The notes under the pieces are model-generated. The model saw only the letters and a program-made list of their open reading frames with translations, was not told the origin of the DNA and ran no database searches. Both the position numbers and the translations under genes were made by a program. From Chiloscyllium plagiosum (Eukaryota): a stretch of 64,000 nucleotides of DNA. Positions 50,705 to 64,000 of this stretch are shown one piece after another (within the stretch, counting starts at the first letter, position 1; each line of letters opens with the position of its first letter). The stretch is taken from positions 79,208,866 to 79,272,865 of the forward strand of contig NC_057711.1 in the NCBI RefSeq assembly GCF_004010195.1, in the 5' to 3' direction.

Positions 50705-51110
50705 ATCATAATGGTGTATAGGACAAAATGGCGATTTGGCCTATTGTGTCTATACCAACTCCTTGCTAGAGCAATCAAAAACTAATTTTATTGTTTTTAT
50801 CTGTCCCCATGGTTCTGTATTTTCCTGTTTCAAACGTTTATCTACACTTCTCTTACAAGATGGAATGGTTTCCTCCATAACTACTCCCTGTGGCAAATTC
50901 TTTCACAATCTAACAACTTAGTACATAAACTACTTTCTCTTTAGCTCTTTCCTCAGTCTTTTAGTGACAATTTTAAAGTGATGACCTTTCAGCCCTGATC
51001 GTCCAGTGAGAGGCAACAGTTTTTCACTATTTACTCGATCAAAACCTTTTGTAATTTATATTTTAAAAAAACACTATTTACTCCTCCCTGGACCTTCTCT
51101 GTACCTGTTA
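50705..51110 (-). mobile_element. Very old CR1 3' fragment
   Basis: CTCCCTGTGGCAAATTCTTTCACAATCTAACAAC antisense VVRL-like motif. Confidence 0.5.
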
Positions 51111-53395
51111 GAACTGATGTAGTGTGGTCACAATCAAAGCAATTTAAAAAAAAGTTCATGAGTGTGAGCATTTTAGGCAAGGTAAGCACTAATGGTCTAA
51201 CCCTCTTGAGGTGAGAGTGGTGAGCTGACTCCTTGATCCCACAATGCATGGTGTCAGGTACACTCACAATGCCACTGGGAAAGGAATAGCAATATAGTTC
51301 CAAGTCAGGGTGCTGTGTGGCTCAGAAGAGATGCTGATGGTGTTCCCATCTGCCGTTCTTGTACTTTTAGGTGAACAAAATGATTAGGCAAGATCCTAAA
51401 TGATAAAAGATCATTTTTGGGCTAAGGTCTAAGGAATTATTTTTCCCAAATGTGCAATAAAATTTCAGAGCGCTTGGTATATTCTAATGTTCTGAAATAA
51501 TTTTACAGCATTCAATGAGGACAATCTAGAATCTCTGAATGAGCACAAAGAGGTGGCCTGAATGGTCTTTCCCATTCATAATTATCTAATGGCCTTTGTA
51601 CTATGTTTTGCCTGACACTTTTTAGAAGACAATGTGTAGACGATACTCTCGGATTTAAAAAGTGCCTTGTCATCTCTTTCAAAACTAATTAAACAAATTA
51701 ATTAACTATAAATTGAGTGGATTGTTCAGCTAGCAAACATGACTATCCATTTTTGCACAGAAATAGCATGAGTTAACAGCGGCTTCCTCTGTAAATAAAA
51801 TTGCAATGATTGAACAATGTGGGGTGAACTTTAAACAAAGGAAAATTGTCCTTGATGTTAATAGATAAGCCCAGCTGCGATCTCCTAGCTGCTTCTTATT
51901 GAAATTGAGCTATTATAATTTGCCATTGCAGTCATGAAAATATTAATTCAATTAAAACAGAATGCACCTAAATTGTATCGTTTTCTTATATAATTATTTT
52001 TCGCTAAATTCGTGGGCTGAAATTAGTATTAGCATGTTACAGAAGGTGAATATGAACATGTTTTTTCTAATAATTGACTGGAGAGGGCAGTGTAGAGCTA
52101 AATCTAGGCCTGACCCAAATGAATGAAATATTTTGTATACTTATTTAAACCAGAAACTATATTGCATATTCAAATTAAAATCTAATTATTTGGGGATTCT
52201 ACATTTCTTTATTGTTAATCTAATAAGGTAAACTGTTGAATAATATCTATTTCAATTATTGCACAAAAAAATTGCATCCTGGAATAGAAGTTTCAAAGCA
52301 CCAGTAGCTGGAATTTGACTTTACCAGTCATTGTCAACCAAACGTTTAGAGATTGGGATGAGAAGCTCCTCTGCATTGTACACACTAAGTCATTGTTAAG
52401 AATTGTTGATGCAAAAAAATGGATGTAATCATAGGGTGAAATCTTTAAAACACCAACAGAATTCAGAAAACCAAAGAAAACAATATTAATCTAATCTGTT
52501 ACTGCTGAATGACCCAGACAAAACCTGCTCACTGTAACAGAAGCGGGGTTAACCTTGGCTGTATTAATCAGCTAAAGAAGCAACACTCCTCTGACTCAAG
52601 ATCTTTTTGAAATTATTGAACCTCTTTACTGGGGCAAAATTAGCACACATTGAGAGTACTTAAATAAGATGAAATTAATTATCAAAATTTTGAAAAGGTG
52701 ATTGAAAGTTTTCACTTATGTTGGTATATATTTTAAAAATTGTCCAGTTACCTGCCCTTTTCCAACTTGTGAGAAAAGTGGCTGATCTCCTGACAGGAAA
52801 ACCAAGGCAATGTTGAGATGGGGCTGGGGGGGTTTCCTCCATTTGTCCTAAAATAGGACACATTGGGCTGGGGATGAGGAGCAAGGGGATAGCCAAGAAA
52901 GCCAACCATCTTGCTGTTTGCCTCCAACCACCTCACTGCCCTGCAACTCAACTTAACTCCATGAAACCTGAAAAGCAATGGACTATATTCCATGATCTTT
53001 TGGAGATCAGAGCTCCAACAATATTCTCTTGGATCCATTGACTTCTGACCTCTGTTTGGCCAGCAGCTTAGGTAGGGATGGACCACAGCACTCACCCCTG
53101 TGATTCACTGAGAAGCTCTTACCCTCCTAATTGGAGTGTGTTCGGGCAAACTTTCTGAATAGTGGAAGCAGAGAATCAGTCACTACTGAACATACCCATC
53201 CACACAGTTTGAACACGAAAGCTTGGCCTTGGTGTGACTCCTGTGGCTCCACATTCTCTTTTCAAGATCCTCTAGGTGGTGCTGCAAGCAAATTATGGTT
53301 ACTGGACTAGTATACCAAGTTTTCTTGTAATTATGTTTTGTTCATTTCTGCTTGGATTAAAATGCAATCATGTGCAAATGCCTTTCCTATTCTGC

Positions 53396-55050
53396 TGTCA
53401 TCATGTGGCCTTTACCATGAGGCACACGCACTGTAAGAAGACATCTTAAGTTCACTTCAATAAAGACCTCAAGTTGACCACAGTTCTGCATTGTATACAT
53501 GAAACACGTTATCAGATCATTGCAGAGTTGTAAACAAAAACTGCTACTAACAGAGAAACACAGATATGGTCAGACTTGTGCACTCTCATAAAAGAAAAAT
53601 GAAAATAAAAGAGACCAGTCTCAGTTAAAGCACTGGTTAAACAAAAATGGATGCAGCTTTTTCCCTACCAACTCCTGTTGAAATGACAGTAGATATGAAG
53701 CCAAACCAGACTTTTTTTCCATGAACAACGGTAGAATTATGAAATAATAATAGATTTGTTCAGTAAGTCAGAACAGTTACATGTTGCTACACTGTTATCA
53801 CAGGTGTTTCAACTGAAGAGCAGAAAAAATACACAGCAGAGATCTTAAAACGTTTGAAGGCACACTTTAAACCCAAGTAAATATCACTTACAAATGGTGC
53901 AACTTCAATATTAGGGACCAAGGTAAAAAGTCCATTGATCAATATGCAGCAATATTAATTCAGCTCACAGAAACCCGTGAATTTTCACAACTAAAAGATT
54001 AGAATTAAAGATAGAATTATCTCAGGCAAGACATCATACAGTGACAGCATGACTGCTAAAAGAAAAGAATCTGACCCTTGAAGAAGTCATAAACCTGTCC
54101 AGGAGCTATGAACTTATAAATCAACAGCTATAGTATGCACATGGGAGAACAGTTGTATTTATTCACAATATGGGAAGGCAACCCAAACCTCTCAAGCACA
54201 ATAATGTGCATCCACTTAAATCAACAGAAAAATTAAGATCGAAGGACCAGTTGCAAATATTGAGGCAATCATCACTTAAGACAGAAGAAAGCATGTCCAG
54301 CATAGAAGAAGTGTTTTAACTGCAAGAAGCTAAGCCATTTTTTATACATGTGTTTAGCTGGAAGCAAACGAACAATCTTATAAAGATGGTAAAAATGATT
54401 TTGCAATAAAAATGTTAGGCAATACATCAGACAAAACCAACATGGATAACTAGAGAGGTGTCAGACCAAAAATAAGATGGTTCAGTTGACAGCAGGTTGG
54501 CAATGTCAAATTTAAAGAAGAAAATGGTTTGTAACTTTTGCAATGAAAACAGCAGAATGAGAACATCAAGTGAATGTGAACTGCCAGATAATCACGGATG
54601 CTTCATGTAACGTATGAACTGTGCAGACCTGAATAAAATTACATCAGGTGACAATCCAAAGGTGAGTTCCTCAAAGTTGAAGTTGAAACTCTGTGACTGA
54701 ATGATATTCACTGAACTCCAATCTACACTACATCTGGTAATCAGATATTAGACATAAAGCTGAAGCCACTTACCTCAGCAGAAACATATTGAATACTTGG
54801 ACTAATAACTCTAAATGTTCCAAAAGAGAATTACAATGTTTCACAGGCCACATCAATTGACAAACAGACAAAATGTACAGCACAAGACAGAAAGGGGACA
54901 CAAAGAAAACTTGATGCTGAAGTTTGGAAATGAAAAGATTGTCTGCCAGACACAGCTAATGCAAATAGAAGAAAGAGGTACCAAAGGCAACAGCATTACT
55001 CAGCAGAATCAGCTGGGAAGAGTTTGAAACTGAATTAGACAGCATATCAT
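53396..55050 (+). mobile_element. Gypsy LTR retrotransposon remnant (possible LTR, gag, protease)
   Basis: Broken frames LKAHFKP..KSIDQY..IKDRIISG..LLKEKNLTLEEVINLSRSYE; knuckle CPA..KCFNCKKLSHFLYMC (~54290-54352); protease-like VNCQIITDASCNV (~54575-54612); TG start 53396, AATAAA 53459, TGGT near 53567. Confidence 0.78.
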
Positions 55051-55149
55051 TCCAACCAATGGATGGAAAAATGCACATTATCATAAGGCACTAATACTTT
55101 AAAATCCATAATTTGTCATGTGTGTAAAAAGATATACAAACATTGCTAA

Positions 55150-55352
55150 TGAAAACAGAAAGTGCTGGAGAAACTCAGCAGATCCAGCAACTTCTGTGAA
55201 GAGAGAGATATTTCGAATCCAATGTCATTATCCTTTAGAGTCACACTGGGCTTGAAGTGTTATTTCTGTTTCTCTCCACAGATGCTGTATGACTTGCTGG
55301 GTTTCTTCAGCACTTACTGTTTTTATTTCAAATTTCCAGCATTTTTGATTTT
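55150..55352. mobile_element. Old fold-back Penelope-like element
   Basis: AAAACAGAAAGTGCTGGAGAAACTCAGCAG ... TTGCTGGGTTTCTTCAGCACTTACTGTTTT inverted arms. Confidence 0.7.
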
Positions 55353-56431
55353 ATAAACAGTTGCTAATAAATGAGAACAGTCATCTGTGTATTTGGAAAC
55401 AAACTCAAAAAGTACTTGACAATACATGCCATGGTTTTTGTATAATTAGCGGATATTGGATTGAAATCCAACTATATACAAATGTTTTTGCTAATTTGCT
55501 GTAGTCATACTACTATAGGCAGCCATCTCAGGTTTCTCTCAAGAAAGACTTCACATTGAATATGTTGCTGCATTATATGCATGGAATAATTTCATTTTCT
55601 TTTACTTTTCTTCATCATATTTCTGTCTCAGTGGCTCAAGATTGCCCTATTGCTGGGTCTTAAATCAACTGCATTGCTTGTTCATTAGTAAGACTTGGCC
55701 ATCCTTTGAGAAATTGAGAAATTAAGAGTTTGAGTACACTAAGCCTATATATTCCTGAGAGAGTTGAAAAATGAGTGATTATCTTGTTGAAAATTATAAT
55801 GCTTCCTAACAGATTAAATGGGTTGTTGCTGGGAGAATATTTTCTTTGAAAGTGAAGTCTAGAACCAGCGATCACAGATTCAAAATAGAGTGTTGGTCAC
55901 TTAGTGAAATGAGGAGAATGTTTTTCATCAATGATTTGTGAATGTAGAAATTCAGTCTTTAAGTACATTCAAGACAGAGTGTGCTAAAACTTCTGATTCT
56001 CAAGAGTTTGAAACACTCACATGACTAAACTCAAAACATTGAAATTTCATTGTTTATGTTTTTGCAGGTCTCCATGTAACTGGTTGACCGACTGCAATGC
56101 AAGAGTAAATCTGGAACCCACGATGTTCATGCTCATAATAAATAGATTCTAGCTTTTAGTGAACAATCTAACAATCTAACAAAATTCTTTTACGTCAGCA
56201 GAACCATGAAACATCAATTACTTAACTAAAGAAGACTAGTAATCAACTGCTATAATTAAACTGAACACCTTTGGAATTTGCTGTAGCTTGTTTTCTTCTC
56301 AGAAATCATTATTCACAATTTTGTTTGAGTAGTAGGATGTTATGTCCCCATTTTGTAGATCCGCATTACATCTCTCTTAGCAGTGAGTTGAGTCTGGATA
56401 GAGGATGTTTCACATGTTGCTGTTGGTGTTA

Positions 56432-56580
56432 TTAGAGACAAAACAACTGCAGATCCTGGAATCCAAAGTCGACAAGCAGGAGGCTGGAAGAACACAACAA
56501 GCCAGGCAGCATCAGGAGGTGGAGAAGTTGACATTTTGATATAACCCTTCTTTTTGAAAATGTCAATGTCTCCATCTCTT
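56432..56580. mobile_element. Penelope-like terminal fragment
   Basis: AACTGCAGATCCTGGAATCC...GCTGGAAGAACACAACAAGCCAGGCAGCATC; related to 46435-46590. Confidence 0.65.
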
Positions 56581-56589
56581 GTTAGCTCT

Positions 56590-57155
56590 TGGTGTTGTGG
56601 CAGTTGATATTGCTAAAGTAATGCTGTAATGCTGTTGATATTGTTAATTGTATATTAGATAGTGAAGTTCCTGGCATTGTTGACAATTCTTTTTTCCAAC
56701 TCAGATTTGGTCAAATATGGACTTTGACCCTTCTCATTTGTTTACCAGTTGCAGTCTTGATGATGTCTGAACTTGGATTTTAGCTTCACTGACAACTTTT
56801 TCTGAATTCCAGGTGTTTACAAGTGGATTCTATACATATGTAATTTGTATTTATAGCAACTCAAGCAGGAATTGTGAATGCTTGTGAATTGTTGGCCTTC
56901 TATCTACACATCAGACAGTTGTCATCTGATTGCTCCTGGTCATTTGGAGCAAGCATATTGCCTGGCAGAGTGTTGTCTTTGCTTGACGCTCAATGTTTTG
57001 TGAGTGTCTTCTTAATCAGCTCGACATGTTTTCTATAAACCTGTGTACTCTTGCGTAATGTGATGATGGCATGAGGATTTTGAAAATGCATGGTGTTCAG
57101 CAAACCCTTTAATATTTCAGAGGGTGCATTGGTTTCCATTGTCACAATGTTTTTC
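56590..57155 (-). mobile_element. Gypsy integrase remnant
   Basis: Minus, with frameshifts: CDNGNQC..KGFAEHHAF..PSSHYARVHRFIE..VELIKKTLTK, matching SDNGPQF..F..SSPHYPQSNG..ER.V..IK..L. Confidence 0.6.
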
Positions 57156-57227
57156 ATTCAGAGGTCCATTGCTCAGTGAACAGAATACTTTCTGCTGAAA
57201 TTGTTGCTGGTCTCAAACCTTTCCTCT

Positions 57228-57862
57228 TAAGTTTGCAGATGATACAAAGATAGATGAAGGAGCAGGTAGTATTAAAGAGGTGGAAAGGCTGCAGGTAGAG
57301 ACAATGGGTAAAGAAGTGGCAGATGAAATACAATGTGCGAAAGTGTGAGTTCATGCACTTCGGTAGGGAGAATAGAGTTACGGACTATTTTCTAAATGGG
57401 GAGAAAATTCAGAAATTTGAAGTGCAAAAGGACTTGGGCGTCCTGGTCCAGGTTTTCCTTAAGGTAAACCTACAGGTTGATCATTTTGAGAGGACTGGAA
57501 TGTAAAAGCAGGGATATATTTCTGATGCTTTATAAAGTTCTGGTCAGACCCCATTAGAGTATTGTGAGCAATTTTGGGCCCCATACCTCTGGAAGAATGT
57601 ATTGCCCTGGAGTGGGTCCAGAGGAGGTTCATGAGAATGATCCCAAGAATGAAAGGTTTAACATATGAGGAACGTTTGAGGATTCTGAGAGTATACTCGA
57701 TGGAGTTGAGACGGATGAGGGAGGATCTGATTGAAACTTACAGAATACTGAATGACCTGGACAAGTAGATGTTGGGAAGATGCTTCCATTGCAGGAGAGA
57801 TGAGGACGTGAGTAAAGGGAAGACCTTTTAGAATGGAGATAAGGAGAAAGTCCTTTAGCCAT
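57228..57862 (+). mobile_element. Degraded CR1 RT and C-terminal fragment
   Basis: KFADDT at ~57230; MKYNVRKCEFMHFGREN..KDLGVLV; LEWVQRRFMRMIP..LIETYRIL. Confidence 0.88.
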
Positions 57863-60800
57863 GTGCCACTGGCCATGTCTACAGACTGAAATATTGGAGA
57901 CATGTACTTTACAATAAAACTATTTTTGTACTTCATTGTGTGTAAATCCCCAAATGAGCTGATCTAACAGTATTTCATTTGTGTTGTTCAATTTATATTT
58001 TCTGGCTGCACATTTCAAATTTGTTAAGAAACTGCCAATAGTCTTAACTGGCTCTTATCTCAAACATTAAAACTCCTTATGATGGATCTGATGACTTGCA
58101 TTTGGCTGAGATGTGTGCTGAATTTTTCAAAAATCAACTTCTGAGTTTCACAGTTCTCACCCATCTCACAACTATCAAAAATATGTAACCTGTTCTCCTC
58201 TACCTAAAAAAGAATGTAGTTAATCCATTCACCTTTAGTATTGCCTCTTAGAAAGTTAGGGAATATCAATCTACACTTTAATTTAAGCTTCTCAACTATC
58301 TCTATTATACCATCAGCCTCCCAATTCACCATGGGTTGGAACTAGCTGGTCATTGCTGCTGCAACAACTATTTCGTTTTTGTACAATTCCCTCAGTTTTT
58401 CTTTCGACTTCCAGCACCAAATCAGGTTGATCTTTCTCAATCGTATTCGACATTTAATCCATTTCAATAGTTTGAGTCTTATTCACAGACCTCTGCTGTC
58501 ACCATGCTATATTTTCTGGTTTCCAGAGTTCAAAATAATCACAATGAAAGACTCAAAATGCTGGAGCTCCTTCAAGTGTCTTTCCTGCAGCTTTCAGTGT
58601 GGTTATTACACTGACACAACTGCTGAGAAAATATGGCACATGGTATGTACATTCTCATTGTAATTAATTCCTAGCTTGTTTTCCATAATATGTCAACATG
58701 ACAGAGATACGCATGAGCTTCATTTTGGCTCGAAAGAGAGCTCCGGGTAATACTATACATACTGGACAAGAGGTATCGGATTATAATGGAAATGTGAAGT
58801 TGAATTAGGTCATCCATGATCTTGTCAAAAGGCAGAGCAAAGTTGGAGGATGGTATAACCTTCTCTTGCTTCTTATATTTTGTGTTTTTTTTTAGATTAG
58901 CTCTTTCCATTGGCTGCCCATCATCCGCAGAATTACTTGGGAGGGGTGGGCATAGTTTGTGGACATAGAGTAAGAGGTTGAGAGGCAGACACTACACCTC
59001 AATTCCTTTTGCTTCCTTCTACTTGTCCTAGACATACTTTTTTTGCTGTAAGTGCTTTATGTATCAAATTGTGGGATTTTTTTTTAGTTTGTTTCAATGT
59101 TTTGCCCAGCATTATACAGTCAACTAAGCGTTTGAAAAATGTGCATGCATAAAGAGACCTTGTTGAAAAGTCACTGAAGGTTAACATGCAGGTGCAACAA
59201 AGAAGGTTAATGGAATATTAAATTTTATTACAAAAGGATTGAGTACAGTGGTAGTGAAGACTTGCTTCAATTCTATAGGACCTTGGTTAAACCACACCTG
59301 GGGTTTTGTGTGCTCTTTTTGTCTCCCTACCGAGGGTCATGAGTTGCACTTGATTGCAATGAGAAATATAAGGATTTTGTGTAGGTAGAGGGACAAAGGC
59401 TAACATGGACAGCAGGAAGCACATTGAGGTGGATGCATAAATTGACATGGCATAGGTTGGCATAGATGGGACATGGGGAGTGTGTGGGAGTGAGGAGATG
59501 TGAGGGAAGAGGCTTTGAGGGCTGTTCTTGATCTTATTGTTTTTTTTATTACAAAAGGGACAAAGTCACAGTACAGAGGCGGGTGTTTTCAACAGCCCAG
59601 CTCTGTATGTGACAGTGTGATGATTTCTAACTTATGGGGATCAGGAGACATAACAATGAGTGACATTTTCTGACAATAGAAGTCAGCTATAAAAGAAGCT
59701 TAAAGGGTGCAGTTTGTTAATCTTCTTTCTTTCAGAAAAGAAAATCATGACTGGAACAGTGAAGCTTTCTTTTAAAAGAAAGACAGATGTTAGATGATGA
59801 TATATCCATAAAGAAATATATAGGAATAAACTTGTGTGAATATATATCACAGGTCTTTCATTCACTGTCACTTAGCAGTCATCTGCTCAGTAACAATGTA
59901 TCAATTTATCAGCCACATGGAGATCTAAAAAGAAATACACTTAATGAGCAATTTGAGTCTAAACTGAAATGATTTCCAATGTTTGGGAACAACAAGACAT
60001 GACAATGGATTATGTTTTCAATGCTTTAAAGATTTACTTGTTGGACAAAAGGGACAGGAGTGTCTTTCCAAACTCCAAAGATAATTTCTAGTCCTTCCTT
60101 CGCTTTCACAGGACCACAAAGCTTTCAGCTTCATCTGCTGTGCCTATCATTTACCTTGATTCCCAGGAAGCTACCTGTTGCCATGTCATTTTTCATTTCC
60201 ACATGTTGGCTTTCATTCATTTGTGACAGCTTTGAACAGCTTTGAAATCTGGTGGAAAAAAAAACCCAAGGATTAAAATGAGCCATGGCTTCTCACTGAT
60301 CTTGATATTCACCATGTCCTCTTTAAAACACACATGCATCCTAAATTCAAATCGGAATTTACATATTTTGTACAACTTCAGTCCTTCATTTCAGATGCCT
60401 TTCCTTGACTTATGATGACCTTAGATATCAATAGACCTTCAGCGGTAATTATCCAGTAATAAGTGAATAATTCAGAACACAATCTATCTGTTAAGCTACA
60501 TTAAGAATACATTTTGAATGAAAGGTTGACAGCTACTGAATGTTGATAAGATATCCAATCAAAGAGAACATCTACAGATTTAATGGCTTTCTTGTAATAT
60601 TTGGATTAATATCTTCTGGTATTTGTGTATGTGAAAGATGTGATTGCTACAGTTTGGAGTTTTCTATCAGTATTTCTTATTAAGAAAACTTGCTGCCTAC
60701 ATTTGGGAAGATGTACCTCTTCAATGCTACATTCTTAAAGAGATGCATTACCAAGGAATTAAGAATAACTACACTTAGTGTAATTTATTAGACATAATGT

Positions 60801-61601
60801 ATTTCTATGTTACATGACAAAATTGTTCTTGTAATGGTCAGATTATCACACACAAATAAAGGTTTATGCATAGAGGAGACTTAGAAAGAAAGAAAAAAAA
60901 TCTCATAACAAAGTACAAGAGTGGTCCAAGTGCTGGCTGGCTGGAGGATCAGCAGCTGGGAATGTCTGATATGGATCACCAAACTGACTGAAATCAAGCA
61001 GCGGTCCTATAATTAACATAATACAGATGGGTGCCACTGCTAGGTGGGGCACACCCTCCGACATCTGGTACCAGAGCAGAGAAGGGAAATGTTAAGCCAA
61101 ATGTTCTAATCTGTTTTTGGCACCAAAATAATTTTTATTGGATAAGGATAGGAGGAGAAATCTCACCAAACAGCAGAATATTGTTTTTATTCAACAGAGA
61201 CATCTGTTGATGGACTGAACATCCACAGGGCCGAGTGTAATGATCATGACTGAACCTAGTGCACTGTCTGTTCATTGCAGTGAAACTAAAGTTTAAGAAA
61301 TTCTCAGCCAAGGATGTCTGCCTTTAACAGTGTTTTATTTGATGTTTGGGACAAACAAATACTCATCTTAAATAGGCTCCCAATGTGTCATAAATTAGTG
61401 ATATATTCAGATATATTCTGTGCTGGGAAACGGAATTAGAGTAGATAGGTGCTTAATGACCCACATGGTGTCAATGGCCAAAATGTCTCTTTTTGTGCTG
61501 TAATACACATAACTTTATGCCAGTTCATTTCTCTGTACTGTACTCTTAGTTGTAAGAATTCACAACCAGGCACACAGCTTCACTTATGTATGATTTACAT
61601 A

Positions 61602-62713
61602 AAGTCAGAGTCACAGAGTCATACAGCATGGAAATAGTTCAATAAGTCCATACCAAACATAACCCCAAACTAAGCTTGTCCCACCTGCCTGCTCCTGGCC
61701 CATATCCCTCCAAACCTTTCCTATTCATATATCTATCCAAACATCTTTTAAATGTTGCAATTGTACCCACACCCACCACTTCCTCAGGAAGTTCATTCCA
61801 CTGTCTTTGGAAAACATTTTCCTTTTATGTCTTTTTCAAATCTTTCTCCTCTCACCTCAGAGATGTGCCCCCTAGTCTTGAAATCCCCCAGCCGAGGGAA
61901 AGGAAAATCACCCATAACTCATTATTTTAAAAACTTCTATCAGGTCGCCTCTCAACCTCATACATGTCAGTGAAAAAATAGTCTCAGCCTATCCAGCCTT
62001 CTTTAATAATTCAAAGCTTCCACACCCAGTACCAAACAGGTAAATCTCTTGTCAACCCTCTCCAGTTTGATAATGTCCTCCCTATAACAATATTCCAAAA
62101 GTGGCCTCATTAATGTTCTGATCAACCCCAGCATGACTTCCCAACTCCTACAGTCAAAGGACTGAGCAGTGAAGGCAAGCATGCCAAATGCCTTTTTAAC
62201 TATATGTCTATATGTGACGCAAACTTCAAAGAATTAAGTACCTGCACGCCAGATCCCTCTATTCTACAATACTACTCGAAGCCCTACCCTTATTTGTTGT
62301 ATCAAATGCAATACCGTGCATTTATCCAAATTGAACTCCACCTGCCATTTTTCAGCTCATTGACGCATTTGATCAAGATCCCTTTGTAATCTTAGAAAAC
62401 CTTCTTCACTGTCTTCAATGCCAACAATTTTGGTGTCGCCCACAAACTTACTAACCAAGTCTTCTATATGCTTATCCAAATCATTTATAGAAATGACAAA
62501 CAAATGAGGACCCCGATCCGAACTCTATGGAACACCATGGTTGCAGGCCTCTAGTCTGAAAAGCAACCCTCCACCATCACTCTCTCCTGCCACTAAGCCA
62601 ATTAGCAAGCTCACCCTAAATTCCATGTGACCTGACATTACTAATTAGTCTACCATGTGGAACCTTGTCAAAGGCTTTACTAAATCCAAATAAACAACGT
62701 CCACTGCTCTCCC
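61602..62713 (-). mobile_element. HER1/CR1 LINE fragment
   Basis: Antisense 3' UTR CCCATATCCCTCCAAACCTTTCCTATTCAT; ACCTTGTCAAAGGCTTTACTAAATCC (DFSKAFDKV). Confidence 0.9.
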
Positions 62714-62789
62714 ACAGCACAACTCTCAGATATTTAAGGGCAAATACTGTGTAGCTCAAGCAGAGTTAGAGAGAGCTTTTAAAATATTC

Positions 62790-63515
62790 ACGAGGTGTTG
62801 ACATTGCTGGCAAGGCCAACATTAATTTCTGACTCCCCAACTGCCCTTGAGAAGTTGATGGTGAGCTCTCAGCTTGAATCCTCCAGTCCACAGGCATAAG
62901 GAAGCCCATAGTGTTGTTAGGGAGGGAGTTCCAAGCTTAATGACTCTAAAACAGAATTAGAAATAGAATAAGGTTTCATTGTTATGTGTGCCCAAGTATC
63001 GGAATACATGAGTACAAAAGTGCACAAAGTCACCATTCTCCAGCCTCACCTTGGTTACAAACCTAGAATCTCAAAAACAAACAACAGCAGAAATAAAAGA
63101 AAGCTAAAAGGTAAGAAAAACATTCAGATCTCAGTATCCCGAGCCAGTGAAAGAATGATGTTCTAGCTCTAAGTTAGAATTTTGTATGGCTGGAAGGAGA
63201 CATGAAGGTGTTGATATTCTCATGAATGTTTGTCCTTACACTTCAGGTCGTAGAGGTTGTGGGTTTGGAAGATGCTATTGAATAAAACATGGTGAGTCTC
63301 TGAAGTGCATCTTACAGATGGTACATGTTGCTGTCACTGTCCATTAGTTGTGGAGGGAGTGAATGCCTAAGAGGTGGATGGGTCTGTTTTGTCAAGCTTC
63401 TTGAATGTTGTTGGAGCTGCAAGTGGACAGTACTCCATGACAATCCAGATTGCGCCATGTTGACTGGGAGACAGGAGGTAGTTATTCATGACAGAGTTCC
63501 TAGCCTCTAGCCTTG
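62790..63515 (-). mobile_element. Second CR1-group family 3' fragments
   Basis: TTGCTGGCAAGGCCAACATT...TGCCCTTGAGAAGTTGATGGTGAGCT is the antisense of the tail at 6840-6948 and 23540-23620; interrupted around 62940-63180. Confidence 0.65.
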
Positions 63516-64000
63516 CTTGGACAAACTGAAAGGCACCATCTGATCATTCCCGGCACCCAAATCCTGTTCTGAAATGCTACTTTGTGTTCCAAAATCCAGT
63601 TACATATATCAAAACAAAAGCAGTTGTCATTGCATTGAATTTTAGTGTACCTCACTGCCCACTATTTTTCAGTCTGAAAAACTGGCAATAAGAATGAATC
63701 ACTGGGCAGATAATTATAAGGTGTGGACTACTCTCCTCCCCAGAGGGCGGGCAGTGGTGAGCAGACAGATCAGACAGAAGAAGACCATCTGGGCTGGAAG
63801 ATTGGAGTGTGGGAATTCTGTCAACACTTCAGATGAAACGTCATCCTCTGAAGTTGCTGACCAATCTGATTGGCTGGCAGCTCCAACAGAGATCAGTAGA
63901 AGGTGCCCCTGTGACTGAAGGCAGGCTGGAAATGGGACACTTTCTGGAGGGAGGAAAGATAGGAATATTGTGTTGTGAGCTTTTGCCCATCTTTAGAAGG

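Noticed and set aside
56040..56385. 3' LTR of the Gypsy integrase remnant (minus AAGAGAGA-TGTAATG at 56370)
   Set aside because: No partner LTR or definable end in the window
1..64000. CRISPR array, operons or other prokaryotic systems
   Set aside because: No regularly spaced repeats or gene-dense segments; content is vertebrate retroelement DNA

Overview
Eukaryotic, AT-rich, repeat-dense DNA with no recognisable host protein-coding exon (large intron or gene desert). The repeat complement (HE1 V-SINEs, HER1/CR1 LINEs, Penelope-like elements, Rex1/Babar, Gypsy remnants, a DeuSINE tail) points to a cartilaginous fish, probably a shark; this is an inference. The ORFs I can assign are decayed retroelement pieces and the rest look like chance ORFs. 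Highlights: (1) a miniature two-LTR (TRIM-like) element at 2821-4336 whose 5' LTR is split at CCCCTGTTTA by two tandem Tx1-like LINE 3' ends, which carry poly(A)-punctuated copies of the same target from other LTRs, suggesting an LTR-targeting retrotransposon with serial 3' transduction; (2) several families of short or fold-back Penelope-like elements carrying minimal hammerhead ribozyme cores, one enclosing about 330 bp of unrelated DNA inside its target-site duplication (TSD); (3) a U6 snRNA pseudogene; (4) a locally templated inverted insertion and repair scars; (5) several TE-free, motif-rich blocks that look like conserved non-coding enhancers. Family names come from motif recognition, not database searches, and boundaries of decayed repeats are approximate.
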